Assembly (NCBI GenBank): GCA_963702845.1
Contig: OY969763.1
Location: 5,184,001 to 5,248,000, forward strand
Source: an uncultured Verrucomicrobiae bacterium
Lineage (GTDB): Bacteria > Verrucomicrobiota > Verrucomicrobiia > Limisphaerales > Palsa-1400
Direction of reading: 5' to 3'
DNA length: 64,000 nt
Part shown: piece after piece, positions 41,546 through 51,921 of the stretch
Numbering within the stretch: the first letter of the stretch is position 1
How the letters are laid out: each line of letters opens with the position of its first letter
Notes under the pieces: model-generated
Databases searched by the model: none
Seen by the model: only the letters and a program-made list of their open reading frames with translations
What the model was told of the DNA's origin: nothing
Position numbers and translations under genes: made by a program

Positions 41546-42982
41546 CTCGTAAAACCATTGACCTTCTAAGGTTTGCTTCAGATTTGGATGTTGCCGCGCT
41601 TCTTCCAAAACCGCGTAAAATTGTGTCTTGGAAATGCCTATTTCCGAACTGGCGATCATACACCACGTTTTCGTGCTGAGTTTCTGCCCTTTCAGACATC
41701 CAATGATCTTTTCCACTGTGAACCGCTTTTTCCGTCCGGGTTTTTGTTTCAATCGGCCTGTATTCAAATTCTCATCCCTCCGCATCAACGGATAAATCCA
41801 CCGCACCACAAACGCCTCGATCGGCTTGAAATTCCTCAACGTCGCTTCGACCGTGAACGCGTCCTCCGCTTCGTGGCGGGTGAAGCTCAGGATGCTGTCG
41901 GGGTCGCGCGCGAAGACGCCGCTGCCGCTGATGCGGTCGATCGCTTCTTTGCCGGCCGCGTTGCCTTTGGCGTAATGCGCGCCAAATGCCACCGCCGCTC
42001 CCGTCGACACCGCCAGATGCTCGATCGCGTTCAACAACATCGCCACCTGACCGGCGGAATTTTCGTCGGTGCCACCGTAACATTTGTAAATCGGGTCCAA
42101 GATAATCAGGGCGTAACTGGACGTTTTGATGCGCTCCAGAATCTTCGGGAACAACACGTCATAACTGGCCGCCTGCCCGCGCAGGTTCCACAAATCGACG
42201 TCGCCGGGCTTGAGCGTGATGTTCTTGGACTGGGCAATCGCGCGCATGCGCTTGTGAAATTCGTGCTCAGCCAGCTCGAAGTTGAGGTAAAGCACCTTCC
42301 CTTTGCCGGTCTTAAATGACAACCAGGGCTCGCCGCACGCCACGGACAGCGCGAGGTCGGTCAGCGTCCACGTCTTGAACGTCTTGGAGCCGCCGCCAAG
42401 CACCAGTTTGCTGCCCTGATGCAAAAGGCCATAGACGACCTCGCGCGGCGCGGGCTGTTCGGCTTTGAGAAAAGCGCAGGCGTCCTTGATTTCCGGCAGA
42501 CCTTTGCGGTTGTTGGTTAAGGCAATGGCCTGTTGCAAATCGCTCTGCAACGTGGCGAGCGGTTCGAGGAGATCGTGGGCGCGCGATTCGAGGCAGGCGG
42601 TTTGTTTGAGCAATTCGCGGCGGGCGCGCAACTCGTGCAGCTCCGCGACGTATTGCTCAAACATCAGAGCCGACCCATCCATGCCGATGATGTAACTAAA
42701 ACCGCCGACATCTTCCAGCATGCCCTCGGCCTTGAGCCGCTCGACCAGCGTCAAAGTGTCGGGCGCTTTGCCGTCTTTGACGAGCGCATGGATGGCGTTG
42801 AAAATGCGTTGGTGGCGAAGGTCGTAAAAAGAAAGGCGCGTGATGCCGAGCCGTTCGATCTGCGGGGCGAGGCCGGGCGAGGTGATGAGACACCCCAGCA
42901 CCTGCGCCTCGATCTCCACCGAGTGCGGCGGCAATCTGGGCGATTGCTCAGCCTTTTTTGCAGTAAATTCATTCGTTGTCAT
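41498..42982 (-). CDS. DnaB N-terminal domain fused to a RepA-like AAA_25 (RecA-fold) helicase
   Basis: PPHSVEIEAQVLG..FYDLRHQRIFNAI (DnaB-N); Walker A GGGSKTFKT; LYLNFE; Walker B IILDPIY; ISGSGVFARDPD. Confidence 0.85.
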   Translation of the reverse strand: MTTNEFTAKKAEQSPRLPPHSVEIEAQVLGCLITSPGLAPQIERLGITRLSFYDLRHQRIFNAIHALVKDGKAPDTLTLVERLKAEGMLEDVGGFSYIIGMDGSALMFEQYVAELHELRARRELLKQTACLESRAHDLLEPLATLQSDLQQAIALTNNRKGLPEIKDACAFLKAEQPAPREVVYGLLHQGSKLVLGGGSKTFKTWTLTDLALSVACGEPWLSFKTGKGKVLYLNFELAEHEFHKRMRAIAQSKNITLKPGDVDLWNLRGQAASYDVLFPKILERIKTSSYALIILDPIYKCYGGTDENSAGQVAMLLNAIEHLAVSTGAAVAFGAHYAKGNAAGKEAIDRISGSGVFARDPDSILSFTRHEAEDAFTVEATLRNFKPIEAFVVRWIYPLMRRDENLNTGRLKQKPGRKKRFTVEKIIGCLKGQKLSTKTWCMIASSEIGISKTQFYAVLEEARQHPNLKQTLEGQWFYEESENQSDNSENAFPE

Positions 42983-43014
42983 ACGCCAGCGTTTTAGCGT
43001 ATGAAGGGATTACT

Positions 43015-43112
43015 CGTCAAAAACTGTAGGAAAAGGAGGGAAACCAGGGAAAGAAACAGCACTTTTTCCCGACAAAATGGGGTGGTTTTGTGCGGTTGGC
43101 ATGAATTTTGAG
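43015..43112 (-). promoter_or_regulatory. 98-bp conserved element, copy A (upstream of the helicase gene)
   Basis: Reverse complement: ctcaaaattcatgcca...aaaaagtgctgtttc tttccctgg tttccctcc ttttcctac agtttttgacg. Confidence 0.85.
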
Positions 43113-43570
43113 GGTGGGTTTTAGCCACAGATTGAACTGGCCGGTGGCGTGAATCACGACCTTGCGTGGGTGAACGCTATCAAGTCCTATCAGGTCATGC
43201 AGGTGGATTTGAGCTAACTCAAGAAGACAAGCGCCTGCAGGAACGGGTTGATGCCTTTCACAGCGCCGCAAATCCTCCCAAAGTTTCTCATTTTTGGTGT
43301 AGCGGTAATGAAAGCGATAGAGTTTCGGAACACCGAAGTTCGCTCTGACCGTCGACGAGATTTCGCTCCATGTCGAACAGGCCATACGACACAAGTGGTA
43401 AGTGTGAGATGCATGTGCGACTTACCCTGATTTTTCTTTACACCACTTTTCTCTATTCCTTCCGTAGCCGGACGTCGGCGTAACCAAAAAAGAAGCAATG
43501 ACCGGGACGTGTGTTCACGTGCCGCGCACCAGGCCTATGGAAGCGCACGCGCATGCCTTGTCGGAATGCC

Positions 43571-44704
43571 ATGAAAATAAATTTTTGCGTACTGGCCCTG
43601 CTCCTTTGCACCGTTGGCTGTAAAGGGAAGCACCGCGTTGCTACGCCGCCTCCGCCAATTGTGGAAGTCGCGCCCGTGACACAAGCCGACGTTCCGGTTT
43701 ATCACGATTGGATCGGCGTTATCGACGGGTTTGTGAATGCACGCATCCGAGCTCAAGTGCCGGGTTATTTGATTTCGCAGAATTATCGTGAAGGTGATCC
43801 AATCAAGAAAGGTGACGTTTTATTTGAAATAGACCGCAGGCCATTTCAAGCAACACTCGACCAAGCCAAGGGGCTTCTCGCGCAAGCCGAAGCAAAACTT
43901 GGCAAAACGGAACTCGACGTCAAACGCTATGCACCATTGCTCAAGGACAAGGCAATCAGCCGGGAGGAATACGATGACGCGGTCCAGGCCAATCTCGAAG
44001 CACAGGCAGCGGTCGCGTCAGCGAAAGCAGCAGTCGAGCAGGCGCAAGTGAATCTGGGGTTTACGCGCATCGAATCTCCAATCGATGGAATTGCGAGTAT
44101 TGCAAATGGACAAATCGGCGATTTGGTCGGGCCCAACACGACTGATTTGACGACGGTCTCAACAGTCGACCCAATCAAAGTCTATTACAACGTTACTGAG
44201 CAGGCTTATATCAATTTCACGAAGCTTTTCACCAGCGAGAGCAATAGATACGAGAGACTGCGAAAACTGGAAATCGAACTTCTTTTGGCCGATGGCTCTG
44301 TTTACCCGTTGAAGGGCAGAATCTATGCGGTTGATCGTCAAGTCAGCCCCACCACCGGAGCGCTTCGAATAGCCGCACTTTTCCCGAATCCTAATTACGC
44401 TTTGCGTCCCGGCCAATTCGGTCGTGTTCGGGTGAAATTCGAGCTTGCGAGCGGCGCACTACTGGTGCCGCAAAAGGCGGTCTCGGAATTGCAAGGCGCT
44501 TTCCAGGTGGCGGTATTGAATTCAAATAACACCGTGCACATCCAGCCGGTCCATCTTGGCGAACGCGTGGGCACACAGTGGATCGTGAAGGACGGAGTGC
44601 ATTTGGGCGATCGCGTCATTGTTGAAGGAACACAGAAAGTGCGTGAAGGCTCGGCCGTTACTGTGACAAACGCGCCGGCTCAGCTTAATTCCGCACCCCA
44701 TTGA
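43571..44704 (+). CDS. RND efflux periplasmic adaptor (MFP) lipoprotein
   Basis: Lipobox TVGC; IRAQVPGYL, IESPIDG, LRPGQF. Confidence 0.9.
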   Translation: MKINFCVLALLLCTVGCKGKHRVATPPPPIVEVAPVTQADVPVYHDWIGVIDGFVNARIRAQVPGYLISQNYREGDPIKKGDVLFEIDRRPFQATLDQAKGLLAQAEAKLGKTELDVKRYAPLLKDKAISREEYDDAVQANLEAQAAVASAKAAVEQAQVNLGFTRIESPIDGIASIANGQIGDLVGPNTTDLTTVSTVDPIKVYYNVTEQAYINFTKLFTSESNRYERLRKLEIELLLADGSVYPLKGRIYAVDRQVSPTTGALRIAALFPNPNYALRPGQFGRVRVKFELASGALLVPQKAVSELQGAFQVAVLNSNNTVHIQPVHLGERVGTQWIVKDGVHLGDRVIVEGTQKVREGSAVTVTNAPAQLNSAPH

Positions 44705-44709
44705 TCCGA

Positions 44710-47700
44710 ATGTCCAAATTCTTCATCAATCGACCAATCGTTGCCATCGTGATCTCAATCATCATGGTTGTCGTTGGGCTTGTTACTCTTTTCGGATTGC
44801 CAGTGGCGCAGTTCCCGAAGGTTGTTCCGCCGGAAATTTTTATCCAGGCAAACTACGTCGGCGCAGATGCGGAGACTATCGAGCAGTCGGTCGCGACACC
44901 CATCGAGCAGCAGATGAGCGGCGTCGACAACATGAATTACATGTATTCGATCAACGCGAACAACGGGTTGATGCGGATGTTCGTCAATTTTGACCTCAAG
45001 ACAGATCCGAACATTGACCACGTTCTACACAGCTGCGCTACGCCCAGGCCGAATCGCAATTGCCTGCAGACGTGCGCAATTTTGGTGTCACGGTCCAGAA
45101 GTCTCTTTCCGCGCCACTCATGCTGGTTGCGCTTAATTCTCCGAATCAAACACGCGACGCGCAGTTCCTGGCCAACTACGCGTATATCAATCTTTCCGAT
45201 CCTCTAAGCCGTCTGCCTGGCATCTCTCAAGTGCAAATATTCGGTGCGGGCCAATATGCGATGCGTATTTGGGTGAAGCCGGATCAGTTGTCGAAGTTAA
45301 ACATAACCGTTCCGGAAATCATCAGTGCAGTTGGAAGTCAGAACACGGTGAATCCCGCCGGCAAACTTGGTGGACGTCCGTCTCCACCAGGTCAGCAGTT
45401 TACGTATTCCGTGCGCGCGCAAGGCCGCCTCGTTACAGAGGAGGATTTCGGCAACATCGTGGTGCGAGCGACTGCTGACGGGGCAATTGTTCGGGTGAAG
45501 GACGTAGCGCGCATAGAACTTGGAGCCGCAGATTACGATATTTATGGTCGTTATAATAGGAAACCGAGCGCGGTTCTCGCGCTGTATCAATTACCAGGAT
45601 CAAATGCCATCGAGGCGGCCAAAGGCGTCGAGCGGCTGATGGCTGAATTGAAAGAACGATTCCCATCCGATCTCGATTATCAAATCTCGATTGATACGAC
45701 CCAGGAAGTCACAGAAGGCATTCGGGAAATCGGCGTAACTTTTTGGGAAGCGCTCGCACTCGTCATGGTGGTTGTTTTCATTTTTCTGCAAGGCTGGCGC
45801 GCGGCACTTATTCCTCTGGCGGCTGTTCCGGTGTCGTTGATAGGAACGTTTGCGGTTTTTCCGATATTGGGATTCTCGATCAATACCTTGTCTCTGTTCG
45901 GCCTGGTTCTCGCGATCGGATTGGTGGTTGACGACGCGATCGTTGTTGTTGAAGCCGTCGAGCATCACATCGAAGAGGGCATGTCGCCGAAGCAAGCCAC
46001 CTTGAAAGCAATGGAGGAAGTTTCAGGCCCTGTCGTTGCGATTGCTCTTATTCTCTCCGCCGTGTTCCTTCCAACGGTATTCATCCCCGGCATTACGGGG
46101 CGGTTGTATCAGCAGTTTGCGGTTACCACTGCTATATCGGTGCTGATTTCTGCGTTCAATGCATTGTCATTGAGTCCGGCTCTGGCGGCGTTGCTGTTGA
46201 AGCCCAAGCGTGAAAGCAAGGGGCCAATCGGCAAATTCTTCGACCTGTTTAATCGTGGGTATCGTAAGGTTACTGACGGCTACATTGGGCTTTGCCGTGT
46301 CCTCATTCACAAATCTGTCTTCGCTCTTCTGTTTCTCGGAATCATTGCAGCAGCCACGGGTTTGTTTGGCAAAAAGCTGCCTACAGGATTTCTGCCCGAA
46401 GAAGATCACGGATACTTGTATGTTAACGTGCAGCTTCCGTTCGCTGCTTCATTGGACCGCACAGTGGACGTTTGCAATCAGGTTGAAACAATAGTTCTCG
46501 CTATTCCCGGCGTAAAAAGTTGCACGACTGTGGCAGGGTTCAGTCTTTTAAGTTTTTCACGCAATACCTACAGCGCGTCATTGTGGATCGCATTGAAAGA
46601 CTGGAATGAACGAAAGACTGCGGCGGAAAGTTACGAATCTATCAAAGCCACCCTGACCAAAAAATTGTCTCAAGTTCCGGGCGCGATCGCGTTTGCGTTT
46701 CCACCTCCAGCCATTCAAGGCGTTGGCACAGCCGGCGGGTTCACATTTGTTTTGGAAGATCGGTCGGGCAAAGACATTCCGTTTCTTGCCGCTAACGTCT
46801 CAAAGTTCATGGAAGCGGCACGAAAGCGTCCGGAAATCGCGAGCATCACAACCACCTTTCTTCCTGTCGTGCCGCAACTTTACGTGGATGTTGACCGAGA
46901 CAAGACGCTGAAACAAGGCGTCGAACTGACCGAGGTCTATAAGACGCTGCAGACATTTATGGGCGGCTATTTCGTCGATTATTTCAATCGTTTCGGCCGC
47001 CAGTGGCAGGTCTACATCGAGGCCGAAGGTGACTATCGCACACGCGCTGAAAACCTGGGTTTATTTTACGTCCGCAATCACGCTGGTGAAGCTGTTCCTC
47101 TCGCGGCACTCACATCAACCAAGACCATCTCCGGACCAGAATTTACAATGCGCTACAATCTTTATCGAAGTGCACAGATTAATGGTTCCTCTGCGCCGGG
47201 CTACAGCTCCGCGCAGGCAACGAAGGCCCTCGAGGAAGTGTTCGCCCAGACGATGCCACCCGAAATGGGTTTTGATTACCTTGGCATATCGTTCCAGGAG
47301 CAAAAGGCCCAGCAAGGAGTCTCGCCCGTCGCGATCTTCGGTCTCTCATTTTTCTTCGTCTTTCTGATTCTGGCCGCACTTTATGAAAGTTGGAGTTTAC
47401 CGTTCAGCGTCCTGCTGGGCACGCCTATCGCTGTGTTCGGTGCGTTTGCGGCGCTGTGGATTCGTGGAATGGTGAACGACGTCTTTGCGCAGATCGGATT
47501 GGTAATGTTGATCGGCCTGGCTGCCAAGAACGCCATCCTCATCGTCGAATTCGCACGGCTGGAATACGAAAAAGGCCAGCCGCTGATCGATAGCGCACTT
47601 ACTGCGGCGCGAATTCGTTTGCGCCCCATTCTGATGACTTCTTTTGCCTTCATTCTCGGAACTGTTCCCCTTTCGATCGCAACCGGGGCTGGTGGAGTGT

Positions 47701-47888
47701 CGCGGCGTGTTATCGGCACAGTGGTAATCGGAGGCATGTTGGCCGCGACTTTAATCGCCGTCTGTTTGATTCCCGTGACGTTTTATGTAGTGGAAAAATT
47801 TTCGAGTCGTTTCAAACGCACGACCACAAGTGACTCGGAACGACCATCGGACGGAGGAGTAACACCTTCAGTGGGAACTAATGAATGA
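44710..47888 (+). CDS. HAE1-family RND efflux transporter (1-nt frameshift near 45028)
   Basis: MSKFFINRPIVA; GLVVDDAIVVVE; GLAAKNAILIVEFA; RLRPILMTS. Frames join as IDHVL-x-QLRYAQAESQLP. Confidence 0.9.
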
Positions 47889-47897
47889 TTGACACCA

Positions 47898-49364
47898 ATG
47901 AGCGACGAGAGAAACAAATCGAAATCATCAACGGTCGAAACGTGGGCGATTCGTTGTTTATTGTCGGTTTATCACCCGCTGCCATGTGCCCCAATATTTG
48001 TAATTCTACTTATTCTCTTCGGATGCGCTGTGGGACCCAACTACAAACGTCCGGCAGTCCAGTTTCCGGGCATATTCCGAGGAGATACCAGCCGTACAAA
48101 TGCTTCTTTCGCTAATCTCGATTGGTGGCGTGTATATCAGGACACGAACCTTCAGGCACTCGTGTGTGAGGCATTCACCAACAACTACGATATACGCATC
48201 GCATGGACTCGCATCGAACAGTCGAGGGCGCTCGCGATGCAAGCGCGATCCCAGTTCGTTCCAAGTGTAAATTACAATGGAACCGTAAGTCGGGGGCGGA
48301 ATGTTGAGTTCGGTTCGGTTTTTCCTAACAACGGCAACACTGTAAGTTCCGCTGTTGCGACAATAAATTCCTTCTGGGAAGTGGATCTCTGGGGACGCGT
48401 GCGACGCCTGAATGAAGCCGCTCGCGCAAGATTTCTTGCTTCAGAAGATGCCCGACGGGGAGTGCAGATCATACTTCTCAGCGACGTTGCCGCTAATTAC
48501 TTTCAGCTTCTTGAACTCGACCGGGAACTGGAGATCGCCAACCGTTCGAAAAGCTCATTTGGCGAGAGCCTGCACATTTTTAATCAGCGCGTCGCGGCGG
48601 GCACTGTATCTGCGCTGGCATCATCGCGGGCAGAGGCGGCATTGGCCGATGCAGCGGCTGCCATTCCGACGATACTGCAGCAAATATCAAACACTGAAAA
48701 TGATTTATGCGTGCTTCTTGGACTCCCACCCGGTCCGATCAGGCGTAGCAATGTCACACTGGAAACGTTGCTACCGCCGAACATTCCGCCTGGATTGCCG
48801 TCCGCATTGCTGGAGCGGCGTCCAGATGTGCGAGAGGCGGAACAACAATTGCACGCGGCAAATGCGGAGGTTGGCGAAACTCTGGCCGAATTTTTTCCAA
48901 AGATCGGATTAACTGCGTTGATGGGCAGAGCGAGTCCGGGACTGTCGGCTTTCACCCTTGGCAGCGCTAACACCTGGGGTATTGCGGCCCAAGCGACCGG
49001 ACCTCTCTTTGAAGGTGGAAGGCTTCTCGGACAAAACAAACAGGCTCGAGCGTTTCGGGATGAAACAGCTCTTCGCTACCGGCAGACCATTCTCGGCGCA
49101 CTGCGCGATGTTTCCGATGCTTTGACATCACGAGAGCGATTTGCCGAAGTCCGCGATCAGCGGGCAATACAGGTGAAAGCGCTGCAAACAGCCGTCAAGC
49201 TGTCCTCCGAGCGTTATGTTGTTGGAAAGGCAAGCTATTACGAAGTTCTCGAAGCCCAGCAACAATTGTTTCCGTCAGAATTAAGCCTGGCACGCACCGA
49301 AAGAGATCAACTCCTGGCCGTGGTCGCGCTCTACAAGGCGCTGGGAGGAGGTTGGAAGGAATAG
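47898..49364 (+). CDS. NodT/OprM-type outer membrane efflux lipoprotein
   Basis: LFGCAVGPNYKRP, WEVDLWGR, LLERRPDV, LYKALGGGW. Confidence 0.9.
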   Translation: MSDERNKSKSSTVETWAIRCLLSVYHPLPCAPIFVILLILFGCAVGPNYKRPAVQFPGIFRGDTSRTNASFANLDWWRVYQDTNLQALVCEAFTNNYDIRIAWTRIEQSRALAMQARSQFVPSVNYNGTVSRGRNVEFGSVFPNNGNTVSSAVATINSFWEVDLWGRVRRLNEAARARFLASEDARRGVQIILLSDVAANYFQLLELDRELEIANRSKSSFGESLHIFNQRVAAGTVSALASSRAEAALADAAAAIPTILQQISNTENDLCVLLGLPPGPIRRSNVTLETLLPPNIPPGLPSALLERRPDVREAEQQLHAANAEVGETLAEFFPKIGLTALMGRASPGLSAFTLGSANTWGIAAQATGPLFEGGRLLGQNKQARAFRDETALRYRQTILGALRDVSDALTSRERFAEVRDQRAIQVKALQTAVKLSSERYVVGKASYYEVLEAQQQLFPSELSLARTERDQLLAVVALYKALGGGWKE

Positions 49365-49380
49365 AATGCGATCTGAACCT

Positions 49381-49438
49381 AACCCGGCGTTAAAACGCCG
49401 GGTATGAGGATCGGAGTTGAATAAGTCCCTCCGGGACT
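49381..49438. repeat. Palindromic intergenic element / bidirectional terminator-like hairpins
   Basis: ACCCGGCGTTAAAACGCCGGGT and AGTCCCTCCGGGACT between convergent genes. Confidence 0.5.
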
Positions 49439-49456
49439 GCTCGGCTCCTTGCCGAT

Positions 49457-50824
49457 TCACGCCGGCGGCGGACGCAACATCGTCTCCACTGGCACGCCTT
49501 CCGCCAACGTCTTCCCACTCACGTCCCCACCCAGCTTCAACAACTTCTCCCCGCTGGGCCGCACGCGCGTTTCGTAGCTACCCACGGCATCATTGTAGGC
49601 TTTCGAGGCTTGTTCCAACCCACTGCGAATCTTCTCGAAATGCTCGGTGAACTTCACGATGCGCAAAAAAAGTTCCTGCGCATTCTCTGAAATTTCACGC
49701 GCGTTCTCCGTCTGCGCATGTTGCTGCCAACTCATGCTCACGGCCCGCAGTAGCGCAATCAGCGAAGCCGGTGTCGCGAGCATGATTTGCTTTTTTGCCG
49801 CCCACACAATGAGGTCCCGATCCGCTTCGAGCGCTGCGCTGAACAACGATTCCGCCGGCAAAAATAAAACGACGTAATCGAGTGCGTTTTGGAATTGGCG
49901 CGGGTAATCGCGGTCGGCCAGCGCTTTGATCGTCGCCTTCAACTTGGCGGCATGCGCGGACAAGGCCTCGTTGCGTTTCAGTTCGTCGGCCGAATCCATC
50001 GCGCTGAGGAAATCCAGATCGGGCACCTTGGCATCGACAATGATGATGCGATTTCCCGGCAGGCGAATCGTCAGGTCTGGCTTCGAATCACCGGACTGAT
50101 CCTGCTCCGTGAAATCACAGTGCGCACTCATACCTGCGGCCTCGACAACATTGCGCAACGTCTCTTCACCCCAACGACCGCGCGCCTGATTTGAGCTGAG
50201 CACTTTGCGCAACTGCAACGTCTCGCTGGAAAGCGTCTGGCTGTTTTGCGCGAGGCTCTCGAGCTGTTTCTTTACCTCGCCGAGCGTCGAAGCCTGCGTG
50301 GTTTCGCTTTGTTGCAAGCGACGTTGATACGACTCGAGCTGTTCCTTCAACGGCTGCACCAACGAAGCAATGGCCTCCTGTCGTTTGCCCAAATCGCCTT
50401 TGGCCGACTCCTGGAATTTCGCCAACGTCTCATTAGCGAGCGCGAGAAACTGCGGCTGCGTTTGCTTCAAGGCATCGGCGCTCAACGCCTTGAACGCCTC
50501 ACGCAAGTCGACCAGCGCCTTGTCCTGCGCCAACTTGGCTTCGGCCAGAGTCTTGTCGTGCAGTATCTGCGCCTTTTCGAGAAGCAGTTGGGACGCGTCG
50601 CGCTCGGATTCCGCTTTCGCTACCGCCACGCAATATTGCGTCGCTTGCTGACGCGCCTGCGCCAACTCCCCTTCACGTTGGCTGAGCCGTTCCTTCAGAT
50701 CATCCTCGAACCGGCTATCGCCACCGTTCATCGGCGCCGACTTCCGGCCTTTGACAAAGCCGATCGCCCAACCGAGCACCGCGCCGATCACCACCCCAAT
50801 CGCAACATAAGCAATGCTCGGCAT
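49457..50824 (-). CDS. rmuC: DNA recombination protein RmuC
   Basis: N-terminal TM and coiled coil; RGRWGEETL, PD..I.LPG.R.IIVDAKVP, VVLFLPAES, ATPASLIALL. Confidence 0.92.
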   Translation of the reverse strand: MPSIAYVAIGVVIGAVLGWAIGFVKGRKSAPMNGGDSRFEDDLKERLSQREGELAQARQQATQYCVAVAKAESERDASQLLLEKAQILHDKTLAEAKLAQDKALVDLREAFKALSADALKQTQPQFLALANETLAKFQESAKGDLGKRQEAIASLVQPLKEQLESYQRRLQQSETTQASTLGEVKKQLESLAQNSQTLSSETLQLRKVLSSNQARGRWGEETLRNVVEAAGMSAHCDFTEQDQSGDSKPDLTIRLPGNRIIIVDAKVPDLDFLSAMDSADELKRNEALSAHAAKLKATIKALADRDYPRQFQNALDYVVLFLPAESLFSAALEADRDLIVWAAKKQIMLATPASLIALLRAVSMSWQQHAQTENAREISENAQELFLRIVKFTEHFEKIRSGLEQASKAYNDAVGSYETRVRPSGEKLLKLGGDVSGKTLAEGVPVETMLRPPPA

Positions 50825-50830
50825 CAGGGA

Positions 50831-51211
50831 TTAATAATGCGCCACGACTTCGATCTCAACAATCGCGGCTTTAGGCAAGGCGGCGACTTGAATCGTCGAA
50901 CGCGCCGGGAAATCGCCCGTGAAATACTTCGCGTAAACTTCGTTCATGCCCGCGAAATCGGCGAGGTTCGTTAGGAACACCGTGCTCTTCACCACGTTGG
51001 TGAAGGAGAGGCCCTGGTCTTCCAAAATAATCTTCACATTTTCCAGCACGCGTTCGGTCTGCACCTTGATATCGCCGCTGACCAGATTGCTCGTGGCCGG
51101 GTCGATCGGAATCTGTCCCGCGCAAAACAGCATGTCGCCGATGCGCACGCCATGATTATAAGGTCCAACCGCCGGAGCGCCCTTGGAAGGTTTGATAATG
51201 GTTTTTTTCAT
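50831..51211 (-). CDS. ridA: RidA (YjgF/YER057c/UK114) reactive enamine deaminase
   Basis: APAVGPY, AGQIP, MNEVYAKYF, PARSTIQVAALPK..VEIE. Confidence 0.9.
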   Translation of the reverse strand: MKKTIIKPSKGAPAVGPYNHGVRIGDMLFCAGQIPIDPATSNLVSGDIKVQTERVLENVKIILEDQGLSFTNVVKSTVFLTNLADFAGMNEVYAKYFTGDFPARSTIQVAALPKAAIVEIEVVAHY

Positions 51212-51279
51212 GTCTCCAGACATTCAAGCCGCGTTCTCAAACACGGTCAAGCATGGCCCGCTCCGAGCGACTTTGCGCA

Positions 51280-51295
51280 TGGCACAACCGCTGCT
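51280..51295 (+). promoter_or_regulatory. Sigma54 (-24/-12) promoter candidate
   Basis: TGGCACAACCGCTGCT; predicted +1 about 51306, adjacent to the GTG at 51307. Confidence 0.55.
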
Positions 51296-51306
51296 TATAA
51301 ACAGGC

Positions 51307-51921
51307 GTGTCCAAGCGCTTTATCGGGTTCATCATCAGCACCTTGTGGTTGTTGGCGGTGGCTGCGTGCGGCCTGTGGTTAATCGGTTACGAGAACACTG
51401 CGGGGCCGCAAACCCGCGCCCACGACACATTTCCGAACCTTAAAGAGGTCCAGATCGACGCCCATCGTTGCACCCTGCTCTTGTTCGCGCACCCAAAATG
51501 TCCCTGCACACGCGCGAGCATCAACGAACTCAACCGCTTGCTCGCCCATTGCTCACCCAACGTGTCTGCGCACGTCTTTTTTTTGCAGCCCAAAAGTGTC
51601 GAGGCCGATTGGATAAAAACAGATTTGTGGCGAACCGCCGCCAGTATTCCCGGTGTGCAAACGCACGTTGATCCCGACGGCGTCATTGCGACGCAATTCG
51701 GCGCGAACACATCCGGTTACGTTGTTCTTTATAGTTCACAAGGCAAACTGCTCTTTCACGGCGGCATCACATCCGGGCGCGGTCACGAAGGCGACAACCC
51801 CGGTTCCTCTGCGCTGATCGCTTTGGCCACGGGTGCGACCGCCACGTGCCACAACACCCCTGTTTACGGATGCCTTCTTCAGAAAGAATGTCAGGCACCA
51901 ACCCAGGAGACCGCACAATGA
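51307..51921 (+). CDS. RedB-like periplasmic thioredoxin-fold protein
   Basis: TM anchor; HPKCPCTRAS, FGANTSG, GGIT.GRGHEGDN, PVYGC. Confidence 0.7.
   Translation: MSKRFIGFIISTLWLLAVAACGLWLIGYENTAGPQTRAHDTFPNLKEVQIDAHRCTLLLFAHPKCPCTRASINELNRLLAHCSPNVSAHVFFLQPKSVEADWIKTDLWRTAASIPGVQTHVDPDGVIATQFGANTSGYVVLYSSQGKLLFHGGITSGRGHEGDNPGSSALIALATGATATCHNTPVYGCLLQKECQAPTQETAQ

Noticed and set aside
45015..45045. Programmed frameshift in the RND transporter
   Set aside because: No slippery heptamer is present and one missing base restores the frame. Similar 1-nt lesions occur near 5835 and 31715, pointing to indel errors; read mapping is needed to confirm.
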